Below, piece by piece: positions 14,138 to 17,220 of a stretch of 17,220 nucleotides of DNA (position 1 is the stretch's first letter; every line of letters begins with the position of its first letter). Under the pieces are notes generated by a model that ran no database searches, was not told the DNA's origin, and saw nothing but the letters and a program-made list of their open reading frames with translations. The stretch comes from a bacterium (GTDB lineage: Bacteria; Zhuqueibacterota; Zhuqueibacteria; Oceanimicrobiales; Oceanimicrobiaceae). The stretch covers positions 1 through 17,220 of the forward strand of contig JBHHYI010000091.1 of NCBI GenBank assembly GCA_046757525.1, read 5' to 3'. The position numbers were made by a program, and so were the translations under genes.

Positions 14138-16840
14138 TCAAGAGACCAGAGGATCCGGCTTCTCAGGATCCAGGCCCAACGCTGCAACCGCCTTGTTGAC
14201 CACCGGAGCTTGAATCTCTCCCCGCAGGGACAACTGGTGCAGCACTGCTATGGCAATGGTTTCGGCGTCGACTTCGAAGAAGCGTCGTAGCGACTCGCGG
14301 GTATCGCTGCGGCCGAAGCCATCGGTGCCCAAAGAGTAGAGTCCCCCGGGGACCCAACGGCTTATCTGGTCCGGCACCAGCTTCAAATAGTCCGAAGCCG
14401 CAACAAAAGGCCCTGCTTCGCCTTCCAGCAGTTGGGCGAGGTAAGGCTTTCTCGGCTTCTTCGTTGGGTGCAGCATGTTCCACCGCTCTGCTGCCAGGGC
14501 ATCCCGGCGCAGCTCTTTGTAGCTGGTAGCACTCCACACATCAGCAGCTACCTGGTAACGCTCGGCCAGAATCTTCTGGGCACGCAAAGCTTCCCGCAGA
14601 ATGGACCCGCTGCCGAAGATGTGGGCTCTGGGCCAGCCGCCTTTTTTGCCTGCAGGTTGTTCAGAAAATTTGTACAAACCTTTTAAAATGCCTTCCTCAA
14701 CACCCTTGGGCATTGGCGCCATGGCGTAATTCTCGTTTCCCAACGTAATGTAGTAAAAGATGTCTTCGCGATTGTCGTACATCCGTTCCATGCCATTGTG
14801 CAGGATTACCGCAATCTCGTAGGCAAAGGCCGGATCGTAGGTCAGGAGATTGGGAATCGCGCTCGCCAACAGATGGCTGTGCCCGTCCTGGTGCTGCAGT
14901 CCTTCACCATTGAGCGTGGTTCTGCCCGAAGTTGCACCCAGGAGAAATCCCCGGCCGCGCAGGTCGCCAAAGGCCCAAATTAAATCGCCAATTCGCTGAA
15001 ATCCAAACATGGAGTAAAAGATGAAAAACGGAATCATATCCACGCCGTGGGTGGCGTAGGATGTGCCAGCCGCAGTGAAGGAAGCCATAGAGCCGGCTTC
15101 CGTAATGCCTTCCTCCAGAATTTGCCCGTCTTTGGCCTCCTTATAATAAAGGAACATTTCGGCGTCCACCGGTTCATAATTCTGCCCCACATGTGAATAG
15201 ATGCCACACTGGCGAAACAGCGACTCCATGCCAAAAGTGCGGGCCTCATCCGGAACGATGGGCACGATGCGTTTTCCGATTACGGGATGTTTGAGAAGCT
15301 GGGACAGCATGCGCACGAAGACCATGGTGGTGGAAACCTCGCGGTCCGTTCCCTGCAAAAACTCCTTAAACTGTTCCAGCTTGGGTACCCCTAAGGCAAC
15401 CGAGTAAACCTTTCGGTGCGGCACGAACCCACCCAGGGCCCGCCTTCGCTCCAACAGATACTGGATTTCTTCGCTGACTTCCGGTGGTCGATAAAACGGG
15501 GCGTCGTTGATTTTGGAATTCGCCACAGGAATGTCGAAGCGGTCGCGAAAATGCCTCAGCTCCTTATCGTTCAATTTCTTTTGCTGGTGGGTGATGTTTT
15601 TCCCCTCGCCTGCCTCACCCAGACCGTAGCCTTTGACGGTCTTGGCCAGGATGACGGTTGGGCTGCCTTCGTGTTCAACAGCGGCTTTGTAGGCCGTGTA
15701 GATTTTCTCAGGATCGTGGCCGCCTCGCCGCAACTTCCGCAGTTGTTCGTCGCTGTAATTCTCCACCATTTTCAAGAGTTCCGCGTGTTTGCCAAAAAAG
15801 TCGCGGCGAATATAATCTCCGGTTTCCACGGTGTACTTTTGGTATTGGCCGTCCACACATTCGTTCATTCGTTGCACCAGCAGTCCTTTGATGTCTTGCG
15901 CGAGAAGCGGGTCCCAATCATCCCCCCAAATTACCTTGATGACGTTCCAACCTGCGCCTCTGAAAATCGTTTCCAGCTCCTGAATTATTTTGCTGTTACC
16001 GCGCACCGGTCCGTCCAGCCGCTGCAGGTTGCAATTGATCACGAAGATCAGGTTGTCTAAACGGGCACGGGCCGCCAACGATATGGCACCCAGTGATTCT
16101 GGCTCGTCGGTTTCTCCATCGCCTAAAAACGCCCACACGTGGGTACCCTTGTCCTCGATAATCCCGCGGTCCTGCAAGTAGCGATTGAAGCGCGCCTGGT
16201 AGATGGCCGTGATCGGGGAAAGTCCCATGGAAACCGTCGGGAATTCCCAAAAATCAGGCATCAGCCAGGGATGCGGGTAAGAGGACAGACCGCCGCCTTT
16301 CTCCAGCTCCCGCCTGAAGTTTTCCATCTGACCCAGGGATATCCGGCCCTCCAAGAAGGCACGGGCATAGATTCCGGGCGAAGCGTGCCCCTGGAAGAAG
16401 ATCTGATCCCCTTCGAATTCTTCGCCTTTGCCGCGAAAGAAATGATGAAAGCCCACCTGGTAAAGGGTGGCCGCAGAAGCGAAAGTCGAAATATGCCCCC
16501 CTATGCCTGAATACGTTTTGTTGGCCCGCACCACCATGGCCATGGCATTCCAACGAACGATGCTCTTGATCCGGCGCTCGATCTTCCGGTCGCCGGGATA
16601 GGGTAGCTGTTTTTCCACTGGGATGGTATTGACATAGGGCGTGTTAGCGGTGAAAGGCAACTGAATGCCGCGTTTGTAGCCTTTCTCAACCAACTTGCCC
16701 AGTAGAAAGCGTGTCCGGTCCACGCCTTTATATTTTATGACGCTGTCCAGCGCTTCAAGCCATTCTTGTGTCTCCTCCAAATCAGTGTCACCGTTGACAC
16801 TGGTGCTTGGGGGCATTTCGGTAAGCATTGAATCGAACAT
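14138..16840 (-). CDS. aceE: Pyruvate dehydrogenase E1 component, homodimeric AceE type
   Basis: ETQEWLEAL, GGHISTFAS, QGHASPGIYARAFLEGR, SSYPHPWLMPDFWEFPTVSMGL, TPP motif GDGE...NCNLQRLDGPV, LGTDGFGRSDTR. SD AGGAGG lies 7 nt before ATG 16840, which is preferred over TTG 16843. Confidence 0.98.
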   Translation of the reverse strand: MFDSMLTEMPPSTSVNGDTDLEETQEWLEALDSVIKYKGVDRTRFLLGKLVEKGYKRGIQLPFTANTPYVNTIPVEKQLPYPGDRKIERRIKSIVRWNAMAMVVRANKTYSGIGGHISTFASAATLYQVGFHHFFRGKGEEFEGDQIFFQGHASPGIYARAFLEGRISLGQMENFRRELEKGGGLSSYPHPWLMPDFWEFPTVSMGLSPITAIYQARFNRYLQDRGIIEDKGTHVWAFLGDGETDEPESLGAISLAARARLDNLIFVINCNLQRLDGPVRGNSKIIQELETIFRGAGWNVIKVIWGDDWDPLLAQDIKGLLVQRMNECVDGQYQKYTVETGDYIRRDFFGKHAELLKMVENYSDEQLRKLRRGGHDPEKIYTAYKAAVEHEGSPTVILAKTVKGYGLGEAGEGKNITHQQKKLNDKELRHFRDRFDIPVANSKINDAPFYRPPEVSEEIQYLLERRRALGGFVPHRKVYSVALGVPKLEQFKEFLQGTDREVSTTMVFVRMLSQLLKHPVIGKRIVPIVPDEARTFGMESLFRQCGIYSHVGQNYEPVDAEMFLYYKEAKDGQILEEGITEAGSMASFTAAGTSYATHGVDMIPFFIFYSMFGFQRIGDLIWAFGDLRGRGFLLGATSGRTTLNGEGLQHQDGHSHLLASAIPNLLTYDPAFAYEIAVILHNGMERMYDNREDIFYYITLGNENYAMAPMPKGVEEGILKGLYKFSEQPAGKKGGWPRAHIFGSGSILREALRAQKILAERYQVAADVWSATSYKELRRDALAAERWNMLHPTKKPRKPYLAQLLEGEAGPFVAASDYLKLVPDQISRWVPGGLYSLGTDGFGRSDTRESLRRFFEVDAETIAIAVLHQLSLRGEIQAPVVNKAVAALGLDPEKPDPLVS

Positions 16841-16904
16841 CAAAAAGCCTCCTTTTCCAAATCAAAGAAATTACAGTCGTAGAATTTACATCTTTTTTAA
16901 TAAG

Positions 16905-17073
16905 AAGCAACAACAAAACATTGTTGCTTTGAATTTTGGCAACGTTATTCCAGGCAGCTCCAGAGAGCCATGGGCGAGTCATCTCAAGTAGGCACTGTTT
17001 CTCAAGTGACCGTACAGGCCGTCGCCCTGCGATACGTCCCGACCCAGAAGCGGTCGTGACTACTCAGGGCGAC
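16905..17073 (+). repeat. Modules D, E and B upstream of aceE
   Basis: AAGCAACAA-N7-TTGTTGCTT (16905-16929); GCGAGTCATCTCAAGTAGG...CTCAAGTGACCGTA...CGATACGTCCCGACC..GCGGTCGTGACTACTCAGGGCGAC is homologous to 4936-5030. Confidence 0.85.
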
Positions 17074-17173
17074 TACCTTTGTGCTCAAAGAAAAGCACGG
17101 GTCATTTTGCCTCAGAGGGGCATTTCATAGAAGTTGCACCCCAGGAATGAAACCAAGGGCCGCACCGGTCACT

Positions 17174-17219
17174 CGACGCTGAGCGTCGGTGAGGGTGTTC
17201 CCACGGAGACCGTGGGAAC
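17174..17219 (+). repeat. REP-like twin hairpins
   Basis: CGACGC-TGA-GCGTCG and the perfect GTTCCCACGG-AGA-CCGTGGGAAC; similar architecture to the CACGC-TCT-GCGTG core of module A. Confidence 0.7.
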
Positions 17220-17220
17220 G

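Noticed and set aside
5447..14140. Selenocysteine or readthrough at the TGA stops of the SDR, bcp and aceE
   Set aside because: Each TGA falls at the expected family C-terminus, and the catalytic Cys residues of Bcp are ordinary Cys codons.

Overview
Gram-negative bacterial chromosomal window (TolC and MlaC-like periplasmic proteins present) with about 15 CDSs. Housekeeping genes: folE, a UPF0173-type metallo-beta-lactamase-fold hydrolase, an ATP-grasp enzyme, nfuA, moaA, an SDR, a small membrane protein, yraN, rnhB, bcp and aceE. Two things stand out. (1) A co-oriented, visibly AT-richer four-gene block at 8034-13274 encodes a nucleotidyltransferase/CDP-alcohol phosphotransferase fusion (IPCT/DIPPS-like, with Gln replacing the signature Arg), a membrane-anchored MlaC-like/DUF3047 fusion, a TolC-family protein and a second MlaC-like protein. 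It has a near-consensus sigma70 promoter containing a palindrome and an internal sigma54-like promoter, and is a candidate polar-lipid synthesis and trans-envelope delivery system. (2) Intergenic regions outside this block are mosaics of shared palindromic repeat modules (REP/MITE-like), reshuffled in order and orientation, with compensatory stem changes and recurrent N-G-A triloops. No RNA genes, CRISPR arrays or transposases were seen. All calls come from motif recognition by eye; no database searches were run.
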